Source of the DNA: Octopus sinensis
Lineage: Eukaryota
Direction: 5' to 3'
Length of the DNA: 64,000 nt
Assembly (NCBI RefSeq): GCF_006345805.1
Contig: NC_042998.1
Span: 191,704,001 to 191,768,000, forward strand
Positions 36,428 to 48,764 of this stretch are shown piece after piece. Position 1 is the stretch's first letter. Each line of letters opens with the position of its first letter. Made by a program: the position numbers and the translations under genes. The notes below the pieces were generated by a model. The model searched no databases. It was not told the origin of the DNA and saw nothing but the letters and a program-made list of their open reading frames with translations.

Positions 36428-37129
36428 TACATATAATAAAGGAGAAGCCTTCACTATTACCTTCTATGGCAATATCCAAAATATCTAATTCGTATGTGTA
36501 ATATCTAATTCGTATATGTATCGGTCTAAAACAATAAATATATAAGATATTCTCAGATATAGCAGTTCCTACAACTATATATTATAAATACCAAGTCTTT
36601 TTATTTGCACGAAACTATGTATTAGGAAAATTGTAAATAAAATATTTAATTAGGTCTCGAATTATAGATGCCATTTTTCTGATATTGAGAGTATATTGGT
36701 GGCTGAAACAAAGCAACAGAAATGTTCTTTTCCAAAAGCAGAAATATTTTCATAGGAAAAAATTTCATAAATAGATATTACGTTAAAATAACTCACAAAT
36801 TACCAAGTCACAGAAAGAGCTACGGACAGAGGCAACAATCAAATTATTACATAAATATGTCTTATGTCTCAAAACTGTCTCGAAACTTTACTGTAATAAA
36901 TATCTATAATGTAGAAATTACTGGTAAAATGTTTTGGCTCTGAGTAACTGGCAAGAACGACAGGCTACTGCAAGAAAAGAAGTAATGTAAACAAAAATGT
37001 CCAATGTCATTGAAGAAATATTTATTGAGCATTTGTCATTCACAAATTTATCTGTTCTAATTGTGAGAATGATCTTTCTATTTACCATCTTAGTTTAAAT
37101 CATAGAGGTTAATTAAAAACATTTTTCAT

Positions 37130-37342
37130 TACTATTATTGGATTCAAATTTTGGCACAAGTCCAGCGAGTTTGGGCAGGGGGTAAGTCAGTAACATCGAC
37201 CTCAGGGATCAACTGGTACTTATTTTATTGACCCCCAAGAGGATGAAGGGAAAAGTCGACCTCGGCGGAATTTGAACTCAGAACGTAAGTACAGGCAAAA
37301 TACCGGCAGGCATTTTGCCCGGAGTGCTAACGATTTTGTCAT
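37130..37342 (-). mobile_element. SINE family A head/body with a third tail type (A3)
   Basis: Body gtcgacctcggcggaatttgaactcagaacg matches family A; the tail (gacttgtgccaaaatttgaatccaataatagtaat on -) differs. Confidence 0.75.
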
Positions 37343-37420
37343 ATGACTGATGTTTGTGTGGAACCAAACTACAATGAATGCTTAAGTGCAAACCATATTC
37401 TGTTGGTTATAGAATTTCCT

Positions 37421-37824
37421 GGGAGAACCGTTAGCACGCCAGGCGAAATGCTTTGCGGTATTTCGTCTGCCGCAACGTTCTGAGTTCAAATTCCCCCGAG
37501 GTTGACTTTGCCTTTCATCTTTTCTGGTTCGATTAAATAAGTACTTGTTACGCACTGGGGTCGATATAATCGACTTAATCCGTTTGTCTGTCCCTGTTTG
37601 TCCCCTCTGTGTTTAGCGCCTTGCAGGTAGTAAAGAAATAGGTATTTCGTCTGCCGTTACGTTCTGAGTTCAAATTCCGCCGAGGTCAACTTGGCCTCTC
37701 ATCCTTTCGGGGTCGATAAATTAAGTACCAGTTACACACTGGGGTCGATGTAACCGACTTAATCCTAATGTCTGTCCTTATTTGTCTCATCTATGTTTAG
37801 CCCCTTGTAGGCAATAAAGAAATG
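37421..37824 (+). mobile_element. SINE family A dimer with TSD
   Basis: Same aaagaaata|ggtatttc junction; 10-bp TSD agaatttcct at 37411-37420 and 37825-37834. Confidence 0.9.
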
Positions 37825-38221
37825 AGAATTTCCTTTCGTTGTTCTCGAAGAGTCTATTCTGTTCTCTATTGTTATTTGCTTATTCTTACCTGATACTGCT
37901 TCGATTCTTTATCAGAGTTCTTATTTAACTAATTGCAATCCTTTTTGCCTTCCATTGTACTTCCTTTGCGGCCCGTTTCAGTGACATTCTCTCAACCTCG
38001 TCATTCCTATAATTGCATTGAACCGTTCCATGTCTCCCCTAAGCCGTCCTATTTTATTCTCAAACCATCTTTCACAATGAGGCTTTGTCTTTTGTTTTTC
38101 TTCCACTTTTAATCTCAAGGGTTTGCACAGCGACAGAGGCAGCGCAGAATGTAAGGTCGTTTAGATCTCTTACGCTTTCGATGTAGATTTTCATTAACAG
38201 CTCGTCCATCTTTTTCACAAC

Positions 38222-38441
38222 TCTACTCTTTTACTTGTTTCAGTCATTTGACTGCGGCCATGCTGGAGCACCGCCTTTAGTCGAGCAAATCGACCCCTAG
38301 ACTTATTCTTTGCAAGCCCAGTACTTATTCTATCGGTCTCTTTTGCCGAACCGCTAAGTTACGGGGACGTAAACACACCAGCATCGGTTGTCAAGCAATG
38401 CTAGGGGGACAAACACAGACACACAAACATATACACACACA

Positions 38442-38497
<56 letters not shown>

Positions 38498-38648
38498 TAC
38501 GACAGGCTTCTTTCAGTTTCCGTCTACCAAATCCACTCACAAGGCATTGGTCGGCCCGGGGCTATAGCAGAAGACACTTGCCCAAGATGCCACGCAGTGG
38601 GACTGAACCCGGAACCATGTGGTTGGTTAGCAAGCTACTTACCACATT
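38222..38648 (-). mobile_element. SINE family B
   Basis: High identity to 51586-51996 and 60404-60825. Confidence 0.9.
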
Positions 38649-39540
38649 GTTTTTATCTTTCGTTTCCTCTCACAGTTAGTATTCTCTTTCTTACACCATT
38701 TAACTTCATTCAAATGTAATAGTAAGCTTTTTCCTTCCTTTGTATCACTATCCTTTCACAGAGTAAAATTTACCATCATCCGATCAACTGTTTCTTTTGT
38801 ATTGCTTTATTGATCCCTCTGTATTGCTTTATTGATCCTTGTTCTTGTTTTACTTTTTGTTCGTATTCATTGTAGTCACGTACACAATTCTGTCTCTACT
38901 GTGATCCCCTACAATTCCAAATGGAATAGCCTCTGCCTTTACATACATGATAAGATTTTCTTGATCAGGAAACCTTTGCTCCGTGATAGGGACATGTCTT
39001 TTTCTCTTGAGATTTTATGCATTTTTCCAGAATCTTATTTTGATAGGGTCGCCTGTGTAATAGCATTCCATTACAGTTCTTTTGTCGTTTTGAGTCGGTT
39101 TTTCTCTTAATTCTTCCAACGGTACTTGGATAACGTGCGAAAGGTTGTCATTAGGTGTTCGGGTCTCATGAACGCAGGTGCGATGACCTTTGGTATTAGA
39201 ATCAAAAAGAGGGTTCTATTTGCGAGGTGATACATCCAGTGATTTTATCGAGATACATTCTCTAAGGGGTTGCCATCCAAGGCTAAAGAAACCTTCATGT
39301 AGATTTATCTCTATAGAGACCTGATTTGCTTTTTGTTCTTGAGATATTCCTAATCATTATTATTATTATTGCTGTCTTGTGATTCAAATGTACCATATCA
39401 ATTAAGGTGGTAGCGAAAGGACGAGTGTCACGTACCTGAGTAAATAAGATACACGGAGACATAAAATGAAAATGTAAGATAAAAAAGGTAATGAAACAGA
39501 GAAAGACGGTATTAATGCATGTGCTTCGTTGCGGGAGATT

Positions 39541-39960
39541 ATACCTATTTCTTTACTACCCACAAGGGGCTAAATACAGAGAGGTCAAACAAGGACAGAC
39601 AAACGGATTAAGCCGATTATATCGACCCCAGTGCGTAACTAGTACTTTTTTAATCGAACCCGAAAGGATGAAAGGCAAAGTCGACCTTGGCGGAATTTGA
39701 ACTCAGAACGTAGTTGCAGACGAAATACCTATTTCTTTATTACCCACAAGAAGCTAAACACAGAGGGGACAAACAAAGACAGACATAGGTATTAAGTCGA
39801 TTATATCGACCTCAGTGCGTAACTAGTACTTATTTAATCGAACCCGAAAGGATGAAAGGCAAAGTCGACCTCGGTGGAATTTGAACTCAGAACGTAGTTG
39901 CAGACGAAATACCGCTAAGCATTTCGCCCGGCGCGCTTAACGTTTCTGCCAGCTCGCTGC
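39541..39960 (-). mobile_element. SINE family A dimer plus the first bases of a third unit
   Basis: Full head, two units, and the 3' end reads aaagaaataggtat on the minus strand. Confidence 0.9.
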
Positions 39961-40329
39961 GGGAGAGTATACCATGAAGTACGGAGGAGTGGTGGTTGAG
40001 TGGCCGCATAGAACGCAAGTAAAGGTGATGGCTTGTGTTGCTGAAAAAGGAAGATTTGAATATGTCGTATATATATCTTTTTTATCTTTTATCTTTCACT
40101 TATTTCAGTCAAGTCATTTTGCTGCAACCATACTGGAACACTGCCTTAAAGGGATTGTTAGTCGAAAATTGGAACTCAGGACTTTCCATTTTTAACCCTA
40201 GTTCGTATTTTATCGGTTCTTTTTCACTATTTTATTACACCATGGATATGCTTTTAAGAAACAGTGTGTTCTTTGAGATTTTTAAAATCCTTTTTGAGTT
40301 ATAACAGCTGTTCACCTTTGGGAGTGTCT

Positions 40330-41600
40330 GGATTATTTCTGTTTATTACGCCGCACAAAATACCAAGAACAACTGTAGTTGCTTTGAACATTGTCGTTTC
40401 TAATAATCGTTCCAAATTTTTCTGTCTCTTCACATTGGCGCTGCATTGATTTCACTTTTATTTGTACCTAGTTCTTTATGAAATCATTTTCAATTACAGT
40501 AGAACGGTTTGTTTTATTCAAGGAAGCGCCGTCGATTTTAGTAACGACGGATTATTAATGATTTAGCAAAGATATCTTCATTTATGCGTTCAGTGTTTTC
40601 AAGTACTTCGTCCATTTTTTTTGTGTGTGTGTATGTATGTGGCATTATTGTCATTTTTACTATTTTTCATTTCTGTCTACTTGTTGTTAATTTTTATTAA
40701 GAATTGAGAAATCGTTTCTTTTATTTTCTATGTTCTTATCTATGTTTATCACGCTGTTTGCTTCGGTTTACATAATCCTATATAAGTAATACTGTGGCAG
40801 TACCTACTTTCCTTTGTGATTATTGGAACTGCTGCATAGATTATTTCGCTTATTTCAGTGATATTGATGTTTGCATTTGTTTTCAGAATGTCTACAATGG
40901 TTATATAATGTTTTCTTTTCTCCTTGTTATTACGATTTATCGTTATGTTTTATTTATGGGAGTCTCCTATTTTACCGCACAGAAATATATTCTATTTTAA
41001 TTCTTTAGAACATTTGTTTCCATAAATCTTTTTTCTTTTTCTACTTTCGCTTTCATTTATAATTTATTTGCATTTTTCTGCTTCGGTTTTTCTTTTTATT
41101 ATCATGTTGTGTGTTAAGGTTTGATACTAATGTTTTGTCTCTTATTTCGTTAATTTTGAATGTGCGCTGTATGTCCTTAGAGTTCATAGGCTTAATATTT
41201 TCTCGTTTGTTCACATTTATATAGTTTGATTTTTCAGGTCTATATTTTTTTTAGGTCTTGTTTAAATATTCTATATTAATGCCCCCATATTGTGTTGCAT
41301 TTGAGGGTGTACCTTCACAAATTGCGTAGTCTGATAGGATCCAATAACTATTTTAGATAAGAGTTATCGTCTATCCGTATATTATATATATGTATTGCAC
41401 TTTTCGTTTAGAGGCAGAAAATAATTATTAAATATGCGTTAATTATGGAATCGTATAATACACACATTCGTTTTTTATTTATATTTGTGTAACTTGAGAA
41501 ATCAGGTATAACAATTTCTTAGGCTGCTCTCAACATCATTGGGTGCATATTTGTATATTTTTGGTGTGGGGTATTTTTCCCGCTCTATATCTCGTAAATA
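40330..41600 (-). mobile_element. highly degenerate Penelope-like RT/linker remnant (tentative)
   Basis: Scattered motifs: RIDD-like (~41370), HPQMQHNM resembling HP.IKFTM (~41290), and KRQKNLERLL resembling KRQPKNLK.LL (~40420). Many stops. Confidence 0.35.
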
Positions 41601-42169
41601 TTATGCCTCAAGCTCAGACTGCACAGTGTTTTAACGTTCGGTGAAATGATATGGTTTTATTTGTAGTGTATAGCACTTAACATTTTACGCTGAATTTTTC
41701 AGTTGCTGCTTTGATAAATGTTCAGTTAGTGTGCGTGTGCACGTGCTGACACTCAGGTGTTGCGGATATTAGGAATATAATATTAAAAGCTTTACAATTT
41801 CCTTCGTATGTTGATTTATGGCTCACACAAAATTGCTTAAAAAATTCGAGGTACTTAGATAATTATGACTGGTATTATTATTGACTTCTGTTCCCTCTGA
41901 ATATATCCTGCTTTGTGTGTTGCTATGTCCCCCTAGCACTGTTCTATATTCCTTCATCATATTTGGCCAATTACAGTAGTTAAAGTATTCATCATCATTA
42001 TGCTTCACACAGTATTTAGCTGTACTACCGACACCTGAACGAGAATTTTCACAATTTGATCCCGAACTGGCATGATCAATCCTTCTGCATCTTTTTTTTA
42101 GCATTTCTTGGCTTATTATTTTTACTACATTTTTAATCTCCCACTATTGTTGTTGTTGTTGTTACGAAG

Positions 42170-44998
42170 GAGATAGGAAGTGTTTTTTCAGGGTTTTTTT
42201 TGTGCTCCGTTAACAGATATCTAGTTTTGTTGAAAATTTGTTGAACTCTTGTTTTTGTTACTCTAACTGTTGTCGCAAGGTAGCTGCCCTCTTGGGAGTT
42301 AGTTTGCGAAAAATAAAAAAAAACAACAATGGCGACTGAACGAGGGAGTGAGAGCAGAAGGTTGAACAGCCAGTTCAGAGAAGACTTCACCGCCCTCACT
42401 CTTCCCCGCCCTATTTTTCCTGAAAAGGAGAAGGAGAAAGAGAGGAAAGAAGAAAAAGGCAAGAAAATAATGACCACCACCACAACAAACACAAATAGCA
42501 ACAACAACGAACCAAGGGAAAGAAAGACGCTCGATGGGCCCCGAGTAGCGGAGGCTAAACGTGGCAACAAAGTCACCATTCGGTCTTTGGTGGACCAGAA
42601 CAGTGGTGAGGTGTTCGAATCAAAGCAGATGCATGCGGCCTGGTTGGGACGAGTGGTAGGATGGATAATGGGGCACACTTCGGAGTCTACCTGGACGGCC
42701 TGCCGCGGCTCGCGGCGAGCGAGGTGGAGTGATACGATATATAGAAAACGACGAAGAGCTGCGCGAAAGGCAGATCATCGGGTTTGGATGATCTGATCTA
42801 CGAGTTTTATATTTCAATACCAGTTTGTTTGCGGGCCTCTTAGCAGACTGGCAACAAGGTGGGGGAATTCCCACGTTGTCAAGGGACGGTGTCACTGCTG
42901 AGAAAGGATCCAAACAAGGGGGACATTATAGAAAATTTCAGGCCCATATCTCTGCTCCATGCGGAATTGAAGATTTTGGCCAAGGTGTTAGCCAAGAAAT
43001 AGGCACGTGTCTTGGACAAGCTGGTTGGCGATTCGCAAACATACGCCATACCAACCAGGACTATTCAAGACAACCTCCACTTCATAGAGAAGGTGGGAAA
43101 CGAAGCTGGCATGGATGGGACTCTGATCAATTTCGGTCAATGTAAAGCCTTTGATACATTCGACCATCTATACTTGGCAGCTGTCCTGAAGGCAGCCAGG
43201 TTTGGTCAGTTTTCTGCGGTTGGATAGTTGCTTTTTACAGTGGCATCTGCTCGGTTGTTCAGGTGAATGGCCACCTGTCGGAAACATTCAGCATCTAGCG
43301 CTCGGTCCGACAAGGGCGCCCTCTTTCCTCCCTTCTGTATGTACTGACTCTTGAGCCGTTACTGAGGAAGTTAGAGGTTTTGAGGGGTGTTCCTCGTGAT
43401 CGAGGATGTTGAAGTGTGTCTGCTTACGCTGGCGATGTCACCGTCATAGTGTCGAGCCATAGGAATATAGACCTGATTGGCGACACTCTCCAAGAATATG
43501 AAGCAGTGAGAGGAGAAAAAAATTAACGCGGTAAAGCCAGTAGGCTTGCAACTCGGCACCTGCAGAGACAAGTCCATGTCGTCCAACAGCGTCGTGGAGC
43601 GCTGGACAGACGGTCCGGGTAAATTGATCGGGGTCTGGTTTGGTTCAGACCTCCAGGTGGAGAAAATCCGGGATGAGGTGACGAACAGGGTATCTAATCT
43701 CACCCAAAATGGGCCGAGAGGAAGCTGTTCCTGCGAGGTCGAGCGGAGGTGGCGAATGCGTACACCGCATCCGTCATCTGTTACCGCTTGATCGTTGCCC
43801 CTTGCTCTGTTTGCCGGTTGACCAAGTCGGTACGTTTACACTTCCGCTTTCTGTGGAAGGGACGCGTTCGACTGGTCAGGCGCTCCATCTGCTGTCAACA
43901 GCCGCTGAATGTTGGCCTGGGAGTGCCGTGGTTGCTGACGCGCAGATACGCGCTCAGGCTACAGCTTTTCCAGCGTTACCTTGACGGTGAGCAGGAATGG
44001 ACGCCGTTTCTCAGACTCAGTTTTCCACCGCTCGTCTCTCTGACTGAGCTGCAAACCTGGATTAGGCGTAGACCGAGGAGGGGCGCTAGGTACCCCACAA
44101 CCCTCCGCCAGGTGGGTAATGCGGTCGGTGGTAGTTCCACTCTAGCATTCTATAGAGGGTTATTGGAGGGAAAGTGCGACGATGCTCTCGTGGAAACTCT
44201 GGGCATCGGCGAAGATCAACTCAGCGGTCTGTTTCGGAGAACTTTCGGGCCTGGACAACTTCCAGAAAACCCTTGCCTGGCAGTGCTACTGAGGGGCGCT
44301 ACTCATTCGGGATAAACTTTACAAGCACAGAAGTGCCGTCAGTCGAGCCTGCCCATGGTGCGCACAGAGCGAGGAAACCGTTCTGCACGACCTCGTCTAG
44401 GGCCCGAGCATTGCTGACTTGTAGGTTTATGTCGAACACCTGTTGTCACGTGTAGGACGGATCAGACTATCAGCTGAATCCATAGTGAAGGTTACCCCGA
44501 TGCCCTCCTTTGGCCGAGAGGGGTAGGCAATTTCTATTTCTTAATGGCTGTAGCAAAAGAGGTAGTATGGTGGACTCGCTTGAAAGGGCTAAAGTCAAAC
44601 ACTTTCCTCTTCGGCCAAGCCCTCATCAACTTCAAGTTTCATTTGAAGAGGAAAGTGAGATTGGAGAGGTAAGTGTTGCCTTCTAGCAAAAATTTTTTGT
44701 CGAAAGGTGGGTGAATCTTGGAAGAATGACCAGTGTGAAAGGACCAATTCTGAACATGCACCTGTGAAGACATAAAAGAAGGGCTCTTGCTCTGTTGATC
44801 AGGCACCCGTGGCTTTTGTGGGTTTTTCCACGAGGACCTTTAAAGCGCCCCCTCCCTTAATGGGAGTTTTACTTGTTTAATTTTTCATTATTTATTATGT
44901 TTACTCGATTCGAAAACCCTTTCTATCGTCTTGTGTTTGACCTTTATGATGTTACATGTAATTTTATGTATATTTATATTAGCCCTTGCGGTCAAAAT
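42170..44998 (+). mobile_element. Tx1-like (L1-clade) LINE, internally deleted and disrupted
   Basis: ORF1-like start MATERGSESRRL (42329) runs into ORF2 linker IRSLVDQ. RT motifs LLRKDPNKG..NFRPISLL, QTYAIPTRTIQDNLH, KAFD, SVRQGRPLSSLLYVL, SAYAGD; C-terminal CPWCAQSEETVLH; T-rich 3' UTR. Confidence 0.88.
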
Positions 44999-45043
44999 TC
45001 TTCTTCTTCTTCTTCTTCTTCTACTTATTATTATTTTTATTTT

Positions 45044-45086
<43 letters not shown>

Positions 45087-45105
45087 GCTACTACTACTAC
45101 TAGAT
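44999..45105. repeat. (TTC)n-(TTA)n-(CTA)n compound microsatellite
   Basis: Direct inspection; abuts the Tx1 3' end. Confidence 0.95.
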
Positions 45106-46099
45106 GCTTGCCTAATCAAATTTAGTTTTTTCCCTTTTATGTAATAATTTATGAGGCGAATAACTAGAGATGGATTAAAACAACCTCCATGTTTCCACAA
45201 CATTTCTTGACTTGTGTCAATATGCAAAATCCCTTTTCCTCCCTCCCACTTCCTCCTCCTTTCCCCTCATCATCTTCTTGTTCCTCGTCTTTCTCTTTCT
45301 CCTTCTTTTAATTATATATTAATACCCATACGATAAATTAAACTCGTTTCTCTATGCGAAACATTTGTGGCAAACATAATCAATGTTGTGGATGAACGTA
45401 TGTTTAATGGATGACTGATATTGGATAAGAGTCTTGCCACTGAGAATGACAATATAAAACATTTTCATGTACACTGCAACGAGGATATGGCATCGAAGAT
45501 CGATAAATATTTGCCTCGGCGACGAATTTTTTTTTTTTTTTTTTTTGCTTTTCGAATAGAAGAGAAAACGGACTGAAACGACTGGAAATAAAACGGCTAG
45601 CTTTTCATAATTTAGAGTTACATAGATGGGAAGGCTTATTCTACAAAAACAAGTATTTACCAATAACAGATTAATCAATAAATAAGACTCTTGGGAAAAC
45701 AGAAAGGAAGAATTAACTACAAAAATTTACAAAGTTATCAATTTCATTCCAAATTTTTTTTTTCTTTCTCAAAGTAAGCATTAAGTATTAGATTCATTCC
45801 AATGAGAGAAAATAAACGAATAAAGAAAAATTTTATAATTGCATTTTGCTTTCCTTGAATTTTATTAATTTGGATGTGAGGTTTAAGCGTGAAATGTGGA
45901 AAAGAAACTATATTCTACCGATTAATTTAAAATTATCGTTAACAAATTACAGAAAATAATTATTGTTATCATCATTATTGTTGTTATTCTTGTTATTATT
46001 ATAATCATCATCATCATTATTATTGTTATTATCTTCATCGTCATTACTACTACTACTACTATTACTACTACTACTACTACTACTACCGCTGCTGCTGCT

Positions 46100-47059
46100 G
46101 CTATTTCATATATGCACAACAGATTAAACTGTTGGAATAGAAGAATTCCTATAACCTGTCTATAACAAATAACTTAGATGTCAAGAATCTTCCTAAGGAT
46201 CCTAAACTGTCCCTAATAACACTGTTTTCTGGAGCTGCACCAAAGTAGCCTTTATGCCTATTTCCTCTATCCGTCTGTTCAAGTCTTTAAGGATACCTCC
46301 TAATGCATCTATAACTACAGGGATACATTTTACTTGCATTTTCCATAGCCCCTGTAACTCAATGACTAGTTCCGAGTACTTTACTTTTTCCTCTGTTCCT
46401 TTAGTATTTACTTTTTCAATATTTGGGACTGTATTTGAACTATTTGTCTGCTACTACTAAATCAAGCCTTTTGGTTTCTATTATCCTGTCAGTCTGAATG
46501 TGACTGACATCTTATATTTCTTACTTTCTAGCACTTATCTAGCTTCATATTTATACCATTTATCAGTATAGTTAAATCCTAACTTTCTACATAATCCCAG
46601 TGGACTATTTTTCCCTATGTTGTCCTGTCTTCGTTTGTATTCCTTCTGTGTCAGCATGCTTAATGCACTTTCTATATGAGTAACAGTTTCTTCTTCTGAT
46701 TTACATAAACTACATTGGGAATCTATCTGGTTTTTGTCCATCATGGCTTTTGTTCAATTTTCCTACTACGTGAAACTATCTTTGGGTATCTACCGTGCAA
46801 AGATGTTTCTTGCCACTCAGATAAACGTTTGTCTTTTCCCTGGTTCTTAACTTAATTTGGCTTTTTGGTTTCCCTTTCTCTTACTGTTTCTCTAGCAGCT
46901 CTTAATACACTTTCTTCGCTGGCAAATACATAGGAGGCCATATCTGTGTTAAGTAAACGCATCTTCAACTGATATTAACCCGCTACTTCATACCTTTCTA
47001 GATAAGTATAATCTTGCTATTTCTGCATTCGCATTAAATTCCTTCCTAGTTCTTCTGTC

Positions 47060-47060
<1 letters not shown>
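46100..47060 (-). mobile_element. RLE LINE (Dong/R4-like) 3' fragment, copy 1 of cluster
   Basis: RLYLSRK..GLISVED; CSLCKSEEETVTHI..QKEYKRRQDNIGK; ELQGLWKMQVKCIPVVIDALGGIPKDL..KTVL. The 3' end runs into a TAG/TAA-rich microsatellite (45950-46100) and the 5' end abuts (TTA)n. Confidence 0.82.
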
Positions 47061-47090
<30 letters not shown>

Positions 47091-47112
47091 ATTATTATTA
47101 TTATTATTATTA

Positions 47113-47161
<49 letters not shown>

Positions 47162-47169
47162 GTTATCTT

Positions 47170-48350
47170 GTTTCTTCTTCTTTCAAATTTGCTTCCATTT
47201 CTTGCCGAGTGTCTCCCCGACTCCTAGGGCAAAGAAACTCAAAAGTAGGCCATTAAACTAAACTCACTAGTTCGTTCATTTTTTTTTTTTAAGTTAAGTT
47301 AAAATACGTGGGTAGTAATAGTTCTCACATCGACAATGCTCTTCTCAATACGTGTGATGTACCAGTTAAGACAATCTTTTGCATTTCTTGCAGGGATGGT
47401 AAGCCAGGGATCATTCTCATATAATTTTCGGTTCCCTTCTTGATCATTCCTAGTGCTTCTACGATCACTGGTATCGTAACTGCCTTGAGATGCCACATTT
47501 TCTCAATTTCAATGAGCAGGTCTTTATATATTCTGAGCTTGTCAAACTCTTTCGCCGAGATATTATGATCACAGGGGATGCTCATGTCGATCAATAAGGA
47601 AACTTTATTGTTTTGGTCTTTCACAACAATATCCGGTTTATTGGCTTTGATGGTTCGGTCTGTATGTACTGGAAAGTCCCACAGAATCGTTACATTTTCT
47701 CCTTCAGTTACAGCCTCAGGGTGGTGATTATACCACCTGTCGGCAGTTTTGATATTGTAATGCCGACTTATTAGCCAGTGTAGATATTGGACAACTCTGT
47801 CATGTCTTAATTTATACTCCACTGGTGCTAAGACTTTACATCCAGAGATTAGGTAGTCCACTGTTTGAATCATGTCGTTGCAGAATCGGCATTTTGGGTC
47901 TGCTCCATTTTTCATTACATTGGCCTGGTAGTTCCGGGTTAATAGGCTTTGTCTTGAGCAGCCAGGATGAAACCTTCGTTCTCTGCTTTTAGCCCTGAGC
48001 TCCGTAGCCACTGATGGGTTTGCTTCTGGTCAACATCAGCTTGTTTGCTGCGGGCCACATATTTGCCGTGCAGAGGTTACTCCTCCCACCTATCAGCGAA
48101 TTGCTCGTGCGCTTTTTTCGTTGCCATTATTTTCACCTTCTTTGCAACAATAGTTGCCGTACTTCCCTCGGGTTGTTCAGTTTGGGTATCCGGCACGAGA
48201 TCAATAGCAAATTTTTTGCTTTCCTTTATGATAGAATGAAGCTTCTTTCGTCTTTCGTGATTTTCCACGAGCTTTAGCATCCAGTCATTCGTTATTTCAA
48301 GATATGATTTTCCACGAGCTTTAGCATCCAGTCATTCGTTATTTCAAGAT
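47170..48350 (-). mobile_element. RLE LINE (Dong/R4-like) 3' fragment, copy 2, best preserved
   Basis: ORF 47325-48011: CRFCNDMIQTVDYLISGC..RHDRVVQYLHW..ILWDFPVHTDRTIKANKPDIVVKD..LIDMSIP..KEFDKL..KY-type..IPVIVEALG (CCHC + PD-(D/E)xK). Flanked on both sides by (TTA)n; 45-bp tandem duplication at the 5' junction. Confidence 0.92.
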
Positions 48351-48373
48351 AAATAAACTTATTATTATTATTA

Positions 48374-48437
<64 letters not shown>

Positions 48438-48454
48438 CATTATTATTATTATTG

Positions 48455-48660
48455 ATTTGTCTCATGCTCGGTCTTATTCCTCTGTAGGATTTATGTGGGT
48501 TGCAGATTACTACCTGTAACCTTAGGTATCCACTAGCTTTCCTGATTATCTTTTTCGTCTGTAAGTAGCAAACTTTCTGTAGACTTTCTACAGGACATGC
48601 CATTTGAATCTCCTTCAACCATTTGTGTCTATATCTTTGCTTGCAGTTTCCAATGCACCA
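48455..48660 (-). mobile_element. RLE LINE extreme 3' fragment, copy 3
   Basis: LKEIQMACPVESLQKVCYLQTKKIIRK resembles the RLE C-terminal LQK.CLLGTA.IIRK motif; flanked by (TTA)n/(TCA)n. Confidence 0.65.
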
Positions 48661-48695
48661 ATCATCATCATCATCATCATCATTATTGTTATTAA

Positions 48696-48745
<50 letters not shown>

Positions 48746-48764
48746 TATTATTATTATTATTATT

